DNA of 64,000 nucleotides. Origin: Rhodospirillaceae bacterium. Lineage in GTDB: Bacteria > Pseudomonadota > Alphaproteobacteria > Rhodospirillales > UBA2165. The stretch is taken from contig JABIHH010000087.1 in the NCBI GenBank assembly GCA_018649725.1, forward strand, positions 18,550 to 82,549, read 5' to 3'. The notes under the pieces are model-generated. The model did not search any database. It had not been told where the DNA came from and worked only from the letters and a program-made list of their open reading frames with translations. Shown here piece by piece: positions 56,897-64,000 of this stretch (position 1 is its first letter; every line of letters starts with the position of its first letter). The position numbers were made by a program, and so were the translations under genes.

Positions 56897-58177
56897 TTAA
56901 GCTAAACGGCGAACAAGAATCGACTTCTTTTTACCCTTAACAACAATTTCCTCAACAGCTCCAAACCCCTTAATTCCCGACACTTCCACGGTATTAGAAT
57001 CGACAACCACTTCCCCTTCCCCAGCCGCTTCACATAAACGCGCCGAAGCATTTACACTATCACCGATGACGGTGAAATCCTGACGATCCTCTGGTCCAAT
57101 GGCCCCTGAAATAGCCTCCCCGGTATAAACGCCAATTCCGATACCAGGGTGCAAACCAACGGCCTGAATTTTTTCTTGGATGCGCCCTGCAGCCCGGACA
57201 GCCCGCCCCTCACATCCCGCGCCATCGAAACGAACCAGCAAGGCATCACCGATCATCTTGTCAACATCTCCCCCCTCTTCTCGCACAATCTCAATTTGCA
57301 GGGACATAATTTTGTTGAGAAAAGAGACGACTTGTTCCGGCTCAAGCTCTTCGCTGAAGGACGTAAAGCCGCGAATGTCAGAATAAAATAGCGTCAGCAA
57401 AATTCGCTCGGATTGAATTGAGCCGGAGCCAACAGAATTCCGAGCTGCTGAAATGGCACTGTTTGAAACAAACCCTTCCAAACGTGACCGAAGTTCGGTC
57501 ACCAAAGCGGTCCGTCCATCAATATCATTTTGCGCCTGACCGACGAGCCGGGACAATGCCCAGATTAGCGCCAATAGAACCAAGGCGGCTGATAAGACGA
57601 CAGGTGCCGTTGCTTGGATCAGCAACCGATTAAGGTGAGATGTCGGCTCGTAAAGCTCAAATACGACCGGCGGGACATTACCCTTCCCGGGCAAGCGAAC
57701 ATAGAGCTCATATAATGTCGTCCCATCATCGCGTGTCTTAAAAATTGCATTCCGCTCGCCTTTTTGCATCGCCGATCTAAATGCCTCGCTCGCATCAATC
57801 GTGCCGATGTTTTTAGGAATTGTGTCGAATAAAATTTTGCCCCCAACGCCATATATCTTTAAATGCGATAAAGCCAATTCGCGTACTTCATTCTCAAGCG
57901 CCAACCGAAGCCTGGCACCGTCCTTGGAAAGATATAGCTGTTCGGGAGATTGGGCTGTTTTTAGGGCTTGCCACCCAGCCCCCGCTTCTGTGGCAACCGC
58001 TCGGTCTATGACAGCGGCCCGACGCTCTGCAAGTTGCAGATAGACCGCCTCAATCAATCCAGCACCTCCCCAGCCTGCTAGTGCGGGAATGAGCAGCAGT
58101 AGAATAAGGAAGGCAGGTAGTATTCGACGTCTAAATCTCCGCCGCAATGGGTAGGGCCGATCTATCTCGCTGGTCAT
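56897..58177 (-). CDS. Membrane-anchored class III adenylate/guanylate cyclase with a periplasmic sensor region
   Basis: TM1, a periplasmic region of about 150 aa, TM2, then FYSDIRGFTSF...MIGDALLVRF...GIGVYTGEAISG...FTVIGDSVNASARL. Confidence 0.85.
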   Translation of the reverse strand: MTSEIDRPYPLRRRFRRRILPAFLILLLLIPALAGWGGAGLIEAVYLQLAERRAAVIDRAVATEAGAGWQALKTAQSPEQLYLSKDGARLRLALENEVRELALSHLKIYGVGGKILFDTIPKNIGTIDASEAFRSAMQKGERNAIFKTRDDGTTLYELYVRLPGKGNVPPVVFELYEPTSHLNRLLIQATAPVVLSAALVLLALIWALSRLVGQAQNDIDGRTALVTELRSRLEGFVSNSAISAARNSVGSGSIQSERILLTLFYSDIRGFTSFSEELEPEQVVSFLNKIMSLQIEIVREEGGDVDKMIGDALLVRFDGAGCEGRAVRAAGRIQEKIQAVGLHPGIGIGVYTGEAISGAIGPEDRQDFTVIGDSVNASARLCEAAGEGEVVVDSNTVEVSGIKGFGAVEEIVVKGKKKSILVRRLA

Positions 58178-58230
58178 TTGATTCTATACATCTTTTTTTC
58201 CACGACAACTCAGCCTGGCCTTAAGCTGGC

Positions 58231-58803
58231 CTAGTCATCTCGCTCGTAATCTTCTGGGAGAGAATGAGCGATCCCTTTATGACACTCAATACAAGTTTTT
58301 CCTTTCTTGAGACCTTCTTGCATTTTTTGTCTGGCACGGCGTGATTGCTTGTGAAAATCCATTGCATCATAGGTGTGGCAATTTCTGCATTCTCGCGAGT
58401 CCGATGCTTTCATCGAGGCCCAGACATGTTCAGCAAGTTCCAGCCGTTTCGCTTCATATTTTTCTTTGCTGTCAATTGTGCCAAGTGCCCAATGATAAAG
58501 CTCGTTACTGGCCTTGATTTTGCGCATCAGCTTAGCCGTCCAATCTTTCGGTACATGACAATCGGAACATATCACCCTGACGCCGGATGCATTTTTGTAA
58601 TGAACGGATTTTTTGTACTCTTCATAAGGATAAGCTTCCATTTCATGGCACGAGGTACAAAATTCGAGCGTATTGGTGTATTCCATAAAAGTATTGAAGC
58701 CACCCCAAAAAATAATGCCGGCAAAACCGCCGACAATAAAAATGGCACCCAATGAATATCTGCCAAGTGGTTGCCAAAAAAAATTCCAAACGCTACGTAA
58801 CAT
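58231..58803 (-). CDS. NapC/NirT-family membrane tetrahaem cytochrome c (quinol dehydrogenase type)
   Basis: N-terminal TM helix plus four CxxCH motifs: CTSCH, CSDCH, CRNCH, CIECH. Confidence 0.88.
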   Translation of the reverse strand: MLRSVWNFFWQPLGRYSLGAIFIVGGFAGIIFWGGFNTFMEYTNTLEFCTSCHEMEAYPYEEYKKSVHYKNASGVRVICSDCHVPKDWTAKLMRKIKASNELYHWALGTIDSKEKYEAKRLELAEHVWASMKASDSRECRNCHTYDAMDFHKQSRRARQKMQEGLKKGKTCIECHKGIAHSLPEDYERDD

Positions 58804-58833
58804 AAACTTTTCCAGTTCTCTTCAGAGCTGTTA

Positions 58834-58860
58834 GGCGGCTCGCCACATTCACGAGCCGCC
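58834..58860 (-). other. Intercistronic GC-rich 9-bp stem-loop without a U-tract
   Basis: GGCGGCTCG-9 nt-CGAGCCGCC, a perfect stem between the di-haem cytochrome gene and the NapC/NirT gene. Confidence 0.5.
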
Positions 58861-58874
58861 CTGCTGCTCTTTGA

Positions 58875-59585
58875 TTAGCGTTTCTTAGGCAGTGTTGTCA
58901 TATGCGCCATAATATCGACGACAACTTGGCGGTCTATTGCCCGAAGAGCTGGCATGGGCTCACCTGGCTGACCGTTCAAGATTTTATGCATGACTTCCCA
59001 AGGATTACCCATTTGCGCACCAAATGGCTTCATTTCCTTAGGCCTTAAGCCCGTCGTCGCATGACAACCGGCACAGATCGTATTGTAGTAGGCTTCACCT
59101 TTTGCCTTGTCTCCTTTCGGCGCTTTGGTTTTCCGGTCGATATATTTGTCCATATCAACCTGACCCTTAGCAACGAAATTGGCTAAGTCGGTGTAATCCT
59201 GTGCATCCATTTTACCCGCATAACCGTGGGTTTTATCTTTCAACACAGCAATCACTTTAGCGGGCGAAGAGCCAGCCATGCCGCGAATTCCAACAATACC
59301 GGAATAATGAGAGCCCTTGGCATAGGCGCCATCTTTACCGAGATTATCCCAACCATGGCATTCTTTGCAGCGCCAATTGTCTTTAGCTTTTTGACGCTTA
59401 GCTGTTTTGGGATAGGCTTTATGAGCCGCTTTCGGCGTATCGGCTTTGATGACTTTATACCATTTGTCATACAGCTTGCCGCCTCTGGCGATAGAGGACT
59501 CAGTTTCATCTGCAATTACGGGGGTAATAAAAAGACCGAAAGCAAATGCTCCGGCTAGAATTGCCGTCATCAAGTTGCGTTTCAT
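58875..59585 (-). CDS. Periplasmic di-haem c-type cytochrome
   Basis: Signal peptide MKRNLMTAILAGAFAFGLF and two CxxCH motifs (CKECH, CAGCH). ATG 59585 is preceded by AGGAG. The ORF-track extension was rejected. Confidence 0.8.
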   Translation of the reverse strand: MKRNLMTAILAGAFAFGLFITPVIADETESSIARGGKLYDKWYKVIKADTPKAAHKAYPKTAKRQKAKDNWRCKECHGWDNLGKDGAYAKGSHYSGIVGIRGMAGSSPAKVIAVLKDKTHGYAGKMDAQDYTDLANFVAKGQVDMDKYIDRKTKAPKGDKAKGEAYYNTICAGCHATTGLRPKEMKPFGAQMGNPWEVMHKILNGQPGEPMPALRAIDRQVVVDIMAHMTTLPKKR

Positions 59586-59625
59586 GTTTTTCTCCTTCAT
59601 CAAGCAAAATAGTTGAACGTCGCAA

Positions 59626-59642
59626 TAATTCACGCAGGTCAT
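59626..59642. repeat. 17-mer TAATTCACGCAGGTCAT, copy 1
   Basis: 16 of 17 positions identical to 59744-59760, in the same orientation, 118 bp apart. Confidence 0.6.
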
Positions 59643-59743
59643 CTTTAATTCATATTCACACCTAGTATTTTACCAAAAGTCACATGAACCCTGGATGAAT
59701 GAGATTCGACTGCACGGCTCATTAGAAATCTGGAAAAACCTTG

Positions 59744-59760
59744 TAATTGACGCAGGTCAT
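59744..59760. promoter_or_regulatory. 17-mer copy 2 containing the FNR/FixK-like box TTGAC-N4-GTCAT
   Basis: TTGACgcagGTCAT at 59747-59760. A TAGGCT hexamer at 59783-59788 starts 29.5 nt from the box centre, upstream of the OmpR-type regulator gene. Confidence 0.4.
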
Positions 59761-59843
59761 TGCGCCATCAGGTGGAATTTTCTAGGCTATTTTGAAGGTC
59801 ACAGTTGTGTCGAAGATTCTGCAGCAAACGGGGATTCACTGAA

Positions 59844-60515
59844 ATGCGCGTTCTTGTCGTTGAAAACGATACTAATCTAGCGGGGCAACTCGCTACGGCG
59901 CTCCAGTCGGCGGATTATTGTGTTGACGTAGCGTTTGATGGGGAAGAAGGACAGTTTCTCGGTGAGACCGAGCCTTACGACGCCGTTATCCTCGATATCG
60001 GATTACCCAAGGTAGATGGCCTTACGGTACTCAATCATTGGCGCCGGATCGGCCAAATAATACCCGTTCTGGTCCTCACCGCTCGGCGCACATGGTCGGA
60101 AAAGGTCGCGGGCTTCGACGCCGGTTGTGACGACTATCTAACCAAGCCTTTCCATATTGAGGAGATGCTGGCACGGGTCCGCTGTTTGATCCGCCGCGCT
60201 GCCGGACATGCAAAACCGGTACTCGAATGCGGCCCGATGCGCTTAGATACACGAACCAGCCGGGTCAGTACTGCTGGCGAACCGGTGGACTTGACTGCCA
60301 ATGAATTGAAGGTTTTTTCCTATCTCATCCACCACCAGGATCAGGTGGTATCCCGTAGCGAGTTGATCGAGCATATCTACGCGCGGGACTTCGATCGCGA
60401 TTCCAATACTATAGAGGTATTCATCGCCCGTTTGCGCAAGAAACTCGGGGCCGATCTCATCCAAACCCGCAAGGGATTGGGATATTGCCTGACGGTACCA
60501 GAAATTGTTGCGTAG
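59844..60515 (+). CDS. OmpR/PhoB-family response regulator
   Basis: MRVLVVENDTNLAGQL...VILDIGLPKVDG...KPF, plus a winged-helix C-terminus (LTANELKVFSYL...GLGYCL). Confidence 0.92.
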   Translation: MRVLVVENDTNLAGQLATALQSADYCVDVAFDGEEGQFLGETEPYDAVILDIGLPKVDGLTVLNHWRRIGQIIPVLVLTARRTWSEKVAGFDAGCDDYLTKPFHIEEMLARVRCLIRRAAGHAKPVLECGPMRLDTRTSRVSTAGEPVDLTANELKVFSYLIHHQDQVVSRSELIEHIYARDFDRDSNTIEVFIARLRKKLGADLIQTRKGLGYCLTVPEIVA

Positions 60516-61839
60516 TTCCATTGGCTTGCGCCTGATCTTAGGTGCTTGTTTGTGGATCACCGTTGCTCTGGTCGCTACGGCCTTCTTGTTGACTGGGATG
60601 TTCCGCGGTTATGCCGAACAGACTATGCTTTCCGAATTACGCGATCATGCCGAAGAACTGGTGGAATTGAGCGGGATAGACAAACGCGGTGCCGTTTACC
60701 TCGTCCGCCACCCTATAGACCCCCGATTTAACCGACCTCGATCCGGCTGGTATTGGAAGGTATTAATCGACGGTGCGAAAGAGGAAAGATCGGCATCCCT
60801 GGACGGACTGGATTTTCCAGTGCCCGCCGGCCAAATCGACAAGGCCGGTATGATGTATTCTGTTGCAAGTCCCGGTATGGAACCACTACAGGTATTTGCA
60901 CAGAACCTTGAATCGTCAAAATCTGCGGTGAGCGCCTTGATCCTGGTCGCAGGCCCCACCGCCGCGATCGAAAAATTGGTACACTCCTTCAATAAAACTC
61001 TTGCCGCAAGTCTGGCCTTATTGGGCCTGGGACTGGTCGGCGCCGTTGCTTTGCAGGTGATGTTTGGACTGCAGCCATTGCGTCAGATAAGCCGCACTAT
61101 TTCTGAAATTCGGGCAGGCCGCGCCGACCGGTTGGATGGCCAATTCCCTTCGGAAATTAAACCTTTGGCACATGAACTCAATGCCCTGCTTGATCACAAC
61201 ACAGCGGTAATCGAGCGGGCCCGGGTGCAGACTGGAAACTTGGCCCACACCCTAAAAACACCTCTCGCCGTCCTGACCAACGAAGCTGAACAGCCCAATG
61301 GCGGAAACAACGAAGTGGTTCAGCAACAGATAGCACTCATGGCACATTCAATAGATCGCAACCTGTCACGCGCACGGGCAGCGGGGGCGCGCGGAATTCT
61401 CGGTGCCCGTGCCGAAGTGGATAGTGTCGTGGCTGGGCTTCGCCGGACATTGGAACATCTCTACAAAGAACGTGGGATTGCCATTATCGTCGAAGGCACA
61501 GACAGTCTGGTATTTCGAGGTGAACGTCAGGACCTTGAGGAAATCCTGGGCAATTTAATAGATAATGCTTGCAAGTGGGCGCGCACGGAAGTGCGAGTTC
61601 GGGCTGAGCGTGTGGATGAAACTGTGCGCTTGACCATCGAAGATGACGGACAAGGAATTAAGGAGGAGCAACTCGAAGAAGTCCTTAAACGCGGACGGAA
61701 ATTGGATGAAACTTCACCCGGAAGTGGGCTTGGTCTACATATCGTACACGATCTTGTCGAACTCTATTCCGGCTCGCTAATCTTGACCCGATCATCGCTC
61801 GGCGGTCTCTTGGTCACGCTTGAGATTCCGTCCGCCTAA
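60505..61839 (+). CDS. Sensor histidine kinase (2 TM, HAMP, HisKA, HATPase)
   Basis: H-box LAHTLKTPLAVL, N box LGNLIDNACKW and G box GSGLGLHIV. TTG start overlaps the regulator gene end. Confidence 0.88.
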   Translation: MLRSSIGLRLILGACLWITVALVATAFLLTGMFRGYAEQTMLSELRDHAEELVELSGIDKRGAVYLVRHPIDPRFNRPRSGWYWKVLIDGAKEERSASLDGLDFPVPAGQIDKAGMMYSVASPGMEPLQVFAQNLESSKSAVSALILVAGPTAAIEKLVHSFNKTLAASLALLGLGLVGAVALQVMFGLQPLRQISRTISEIRAGRADRLDGQFPSEIKPLAHELNALLDHNTAVIERARVQTGNLAHTLKTPLAVLTNEAEQPNGGNNEVVQQQIALMAHSIDRNLSRARAAGARGILGARAEVDSVVAGLRRTLEHLYKERGIAIIVEGTDSLVFRGERQDLEEILGNLIDNACKWARTEVRVRAERVDETVRLTIEDDGQGIKEEQLEEVLKRGRKLDETSPGSGLGLHIVHDLVELYSGSLILTRSSLGGLLVTLEIPSA

Positions 61840-62017
61840 ACTAATCTCGCTTTGATCATCTCAGGCAAACGTCGCGACAGCGTATATTTTTGGCTCGGTA
61901 ACGACGGCTGCTTGTGAAAAGAAGATGTCGTGAAGATCATGGTGTTCGAGACAGGCCAGGGTACTCAGGATCTTGTACCTTTGGAACTCAATCACTGGTG
62001 CAACAGTCGGCCACGTC

Positions 62018-62032
62018 TTAACAGCTTTTTAA
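62018..62032. promoter_or_regulatory. CtrA-type box TTAA-N7-TTAA
   Basis: TTAAcagctttTTAA, 62 nt upstream of the first gene of the fliOP cluster. Confidence 0.45.
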
Positions 62033-62093
62033 GCTTGTTCGCGCACACTGGTTCCACTGAAAAAATAAATAAATATTCGGTGGTGAAAATTAA

Positions 62094-62513
62094 GTGGCGG
62101 AGTCAAAAAACGGCCCCCCTATATCTGGCGATATTAAAACTAATGTTGGCAAAAATGTCGACGTCGTCGATGGGGTCGAGCCCAAAGAAAATTCTGAAAG
62201 CAACAGTGCGCCTACTGTTAGGCAAAAAGCTGTGGCGATTAAGGATTCGAGCCAGAGCGGCACTATGCCGCGCGTTGTTGCGTCTGGTCAGGGCACCTTT
62301 GCCGAGCAAATTCTTCAGATCGCCTGGGCCAATGATATCAAGGTTCGCGAAGATGCAGATTTGGTCGAAATTCTCTCCGCCATCGATGTCGATAGTGAAA
62401 TCCCTATCGAAGCTTTCGCCGCTGTCGCGGAAATTCTGGCCTATGTTTACCGGGTCAATGCCGGACAAATACCGATTGATGAATTAGACGAAAATCAGGA
62501 GAACAACCAATGA
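62094..62513 (+). CDS. Stand-alone FlhB C-terminal-domain paralog (FhlB/YlqH-like) with an N-terminal extension
   Basis: KAVAIKDSSQSGTMPRVVASGQGTFAEQILQIAWANDIKVREDADLVEILSAIDVDSEIPIEAFAAVAEILAYVY matches the post-NPTH part of FlhB/EscU. It has no TM region and no NPTH. Confidence 0.75.
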   Translation: MAESKNGPPISGDIKTNVGKNVDVVDGVEPKENSESNSAPTVRQKAVAIKDSSQSGTMPRVVASGQGTFAEQILQIAWANDIKVREDADLVEILSAIDVDSEIPIEAFAAVAEILAYVYRVNAGQIPIDELDENQENNQ

Positions 62514-62821
62514 CAGCCATGGGTATTCAACAACAAGCCGATAACGTACAGGAACTCATCGAAACCTCACGTAGTAGTATCGCAGATGGGCATTTCATCG
62601 ACATATCAGAAGTTGAAGAGAAAATGACTCGCCTGTTTGATACAGTTTCAAAAAACCCTGAGGCCTGCCTTGGTGTTGATGTTGGCAAGATCGCCGGCTC
62701 GCTCGCCAATCTGATGGGTGATTTGGATAATCTCGAAAATGATCTGGATCGCCAACATCAAAGCTTGAGCACTGAGAACACGGTGTCACCAAACTCCGCT
62801 GCCCAGGCCTATCAAAGCTAG
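62510..62821 (+). CDS. Hypothetical 103-aa helical acidic protein in the flagellar cluster
   Basis: ATGA start/stop overlap with the upstream gene. No family recognised. Confidence 0.5.
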   Translation: MTAMGIQQQADNVQELIETSRSSIADGHFIDISEVEEKMTRLFDTVSKNPEACLGVDVGKIAGSLANLMGDLDNLENDLDRQHQSLSTENTVSPNSAAQAYQS

Positions 62822-62847
62822 AAATTTTAACAAGAAGCACCCTGAAT

Positions 62848-63258
62848 ATGGAAATCGATTCCGTCAGTTACTTAAAATTTTTATTTGCCCTCATATTTGT
62901 GCTGGGCCTCATTGGCGGTTTTGCATTACTGGCAAAAAAATTTGGCATGGGCAATCGGGGCCCGATGCGGCGAGGTAAAGGCACTCGGCTTTCCATTGTT
63001 GAATCCATGCCACTCGACGCGAAACGGCGGGTCATGCTCATCAGGCGTGATGATAAAGAACACATGCTACTACTTGGCGGTGTGACGGAGCTGGTCATCG
63101 AGGGAGATATCCCGATCGATCCAGAGCGGGAAAAAAGAGCTGCGGAAAACTCGCCAGAAGGACTAACTCTAATCGATGGCCTGCGCCATGGTCTTGGTCA
63201 GGGTCGTGGTCAGGGTCTGGGCAAACACAAAACAGCAAACCAGGGAACAAAGGAATGA
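62848..63258 (+). CDS. fliO: Flagellar biosynthesis protein FliO
   Basis: Single TM helix (LKFLFALIFVLGLIGGFALLA), then LSIVESMPLDAKRRVMLIRRDDKEHMLLLGG. ATGA overlap with fliP. Confidence 0.7.
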   Translation: MEIDSVSYLKFLFALIFVLGLIGGFALLAKKFGMGNRGPMRRGKGTRLSIVESMPLDAKRRVMLIRRDDKEHMLLLGGVTELVIEGDIPIDPEREKRAAENSPEGLTLIDGLRHGLGQGRGQGLGKHKTANQGTKE

Positions 63259-64000
63259 ACAGTCCGATGACTATCAAAGGGGCTTTTTTCGTTCGCTTGT
63301 TTATTGCGTTGGCGGGCGGGCTGGTGCTTTCCGACCCTGTCCTCGCACAGGCTTTTTCGCTCGATTTGGGACAAGGCGGCCCGACCGCGACAGAGCGCCT
63401 GATCCAGCTATTTTTGCTGATCACAGTGATGGCCTTGGCGCCTTCAATCCTAGTGATGACAACCTCCTTCATTCGCATCGTCATCGTGTTGTCTTTCTTG
63501 CGCACGGCCATGGGCGCGCAGCAAACGCCGCCCAATCAGGTCTTGATGGCGCTCGCTTTATTCCTGACATTTTTTATCATGTCGCCAACATTTGAAGCCG
63601 CTTGGGAACAAGGTGTCAGACCTTATGTCGATGGAGAGATTGAAGAAAAAGAAGCTTTCGAACGCAGTCTCAGGCCGCTACAGAATTTTATGCAAAAATT
63701 TGTGCGTGATCAGGATTTGAAGCTTTTCATGGACATCGCCAATATTCCGCCGGTTGCCACCCCGAATGACATTCCAGCTAAAGTTTTAATCCCCGCCTTC
63801 ATCATCAGCGAGCTCAGGCGTGCCTTTGAGATCGGCTTTTTGGTTTTCATCCCCTTCCTGGTGATCGATATGGTTGTTGCCTCTGTCCTGATGTCGATGG
63901 GCATGATGATGCTACCGCCGATTATTATCGCTCTGCCGTTTAAAATTATTTTCTTTGTGCTGGTGGATGGCTGGTTCTTAATTGTCGGCAGCCTGGTTCA
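63255..64000 (+). CDS. fliP: Flagellar export apparatus protein FliP (3' end off the window)
   Basis: Not in the ORF track because it is open-ended. Manual translation gives MNSPMTIKGAFF...LVMTTSFIRIVIVLSFLRTAMGAQQTPPNQVLMALALFLTFFIM...PAFIISELRRAFEIGFLVFIPFLVIDMVVASVLMSMGMMMLPP. Confidence 0.93.
   Translation, partial: MNSPMTIKGAFFVRLFIALAGGLVLSDPVLAQAFSLDLGQGGPTATERLIQLFLLITVMALAPSILVMTTSFIRIVIVLSFLRTAMGAQQTPPNQVLMALALFLTFFIMSPTFEAAWEQGVRPYVDGEIEEKEAFERSLRPLQNFMQKFVRDQDLKLFMDIANIPPVATPNDIPAKVLIPAFIISELRRAFEIGFLVFIPFLVIDMVVASVLMSMGMMMLPPIIIALPFKIIFFVLVDGWFLIVGSLV

Noticed and set aside
47863-58177. The two class III cyclases as Pycsar/CBASS-like antiphage signalling systems
   Set aside because: No adjacent effector has a cyclic-nucleotide-binding, TIR, patatin or TM-effector architecture. 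Both cyclases have sensor-type N-terminal regions typical of housekeeping signal transduction.
61930-62487. 185-aa ORF overlapping the FhlB-like gene in another frame
   Set aside because: The translation is low-complexity, Leu/Ser/Lys/Arg-rich. The competing frame carries the conserved FlhB C-domain motif and is ATGA-coupled to the next gene.
1-64000. Search for rRNA, tRNA, CRISPR arrays, IS elements, integrases, phage genes and long direct or inverted repeats
   Set aside because: I recognised none by eye. No T-loop GGTTCGAATCC-type sequence appears in the intergenic gaps, there are no regularly spaced repeats, and there are no transposase or integrase motifs. tRNAscan, Infernal or ISfinder runs would be needed to exclude small elements rigorously.

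Overview
This 64-kb chromosomal segment reads as alphaproteobacterial. The evidence is recA-alaS synteny, a split pntAA/pntAB/pntB operon, a COQ9-like 'rpsU-divergent' gene, the small DUF1013/DUF1192/DUF465 proteins, GTTC-N7-GTTC SOS boxes and TTAA-N7-TTAA CtrA-type boxes. I call about 60 tightly packed CDS, mostly housekeeping: pfk, purE, def, rpsU, pnt, pepF, pyk, alaS, recA and pyc. There are two separate flagellar loci. One is flgB-flgC-fliE-fliQ-fliR-flhB on the minus strand at 35.6-39.1 kb, followed by a CckA-like hybrid kinase. The other is a FlhB-C-domain paralog, an unknown ORF, fliO and fliP on the plus strand from 62.1 kb, with fliP running off the window. The roughly 23 kb between them looks more accessory: a DJ-1-family protein, an exported caspase-fold protein, an alkyl sulfatase with its LysR regulator, two class III nucleotide cyclases, a hydratase/aldolase pair, a SulP permease with an extra C-terminal domain, a kinase-fusion protein, a NapC/NirT plus di-haem cytochrome pair, and an OmpR-type two-component system. 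I recognised no rRNA, tRNA, CRISPR array, transposase, integrase or phage gene. I do not see a clear-cut new multi-gene system. The best candidates for follow-up are a tightly linked GNAT-like/HDAC-family gene pair, the exported caspase-fold protein with an AMIN-like domain, a DUF427-cyclase fusion, three FNR/FixK-type boxes with identical promoter geometry, CtrA-type boxes together with a cckA-like gene appended to a flagellar operon, and an ORF-free structured intergenic region at 376-739. All protein calls rest on motifs read by eye from the supplied translations. No database search was possible, and several ORF-track starts were trimmed to downstream ATG/GTG codons with better context.
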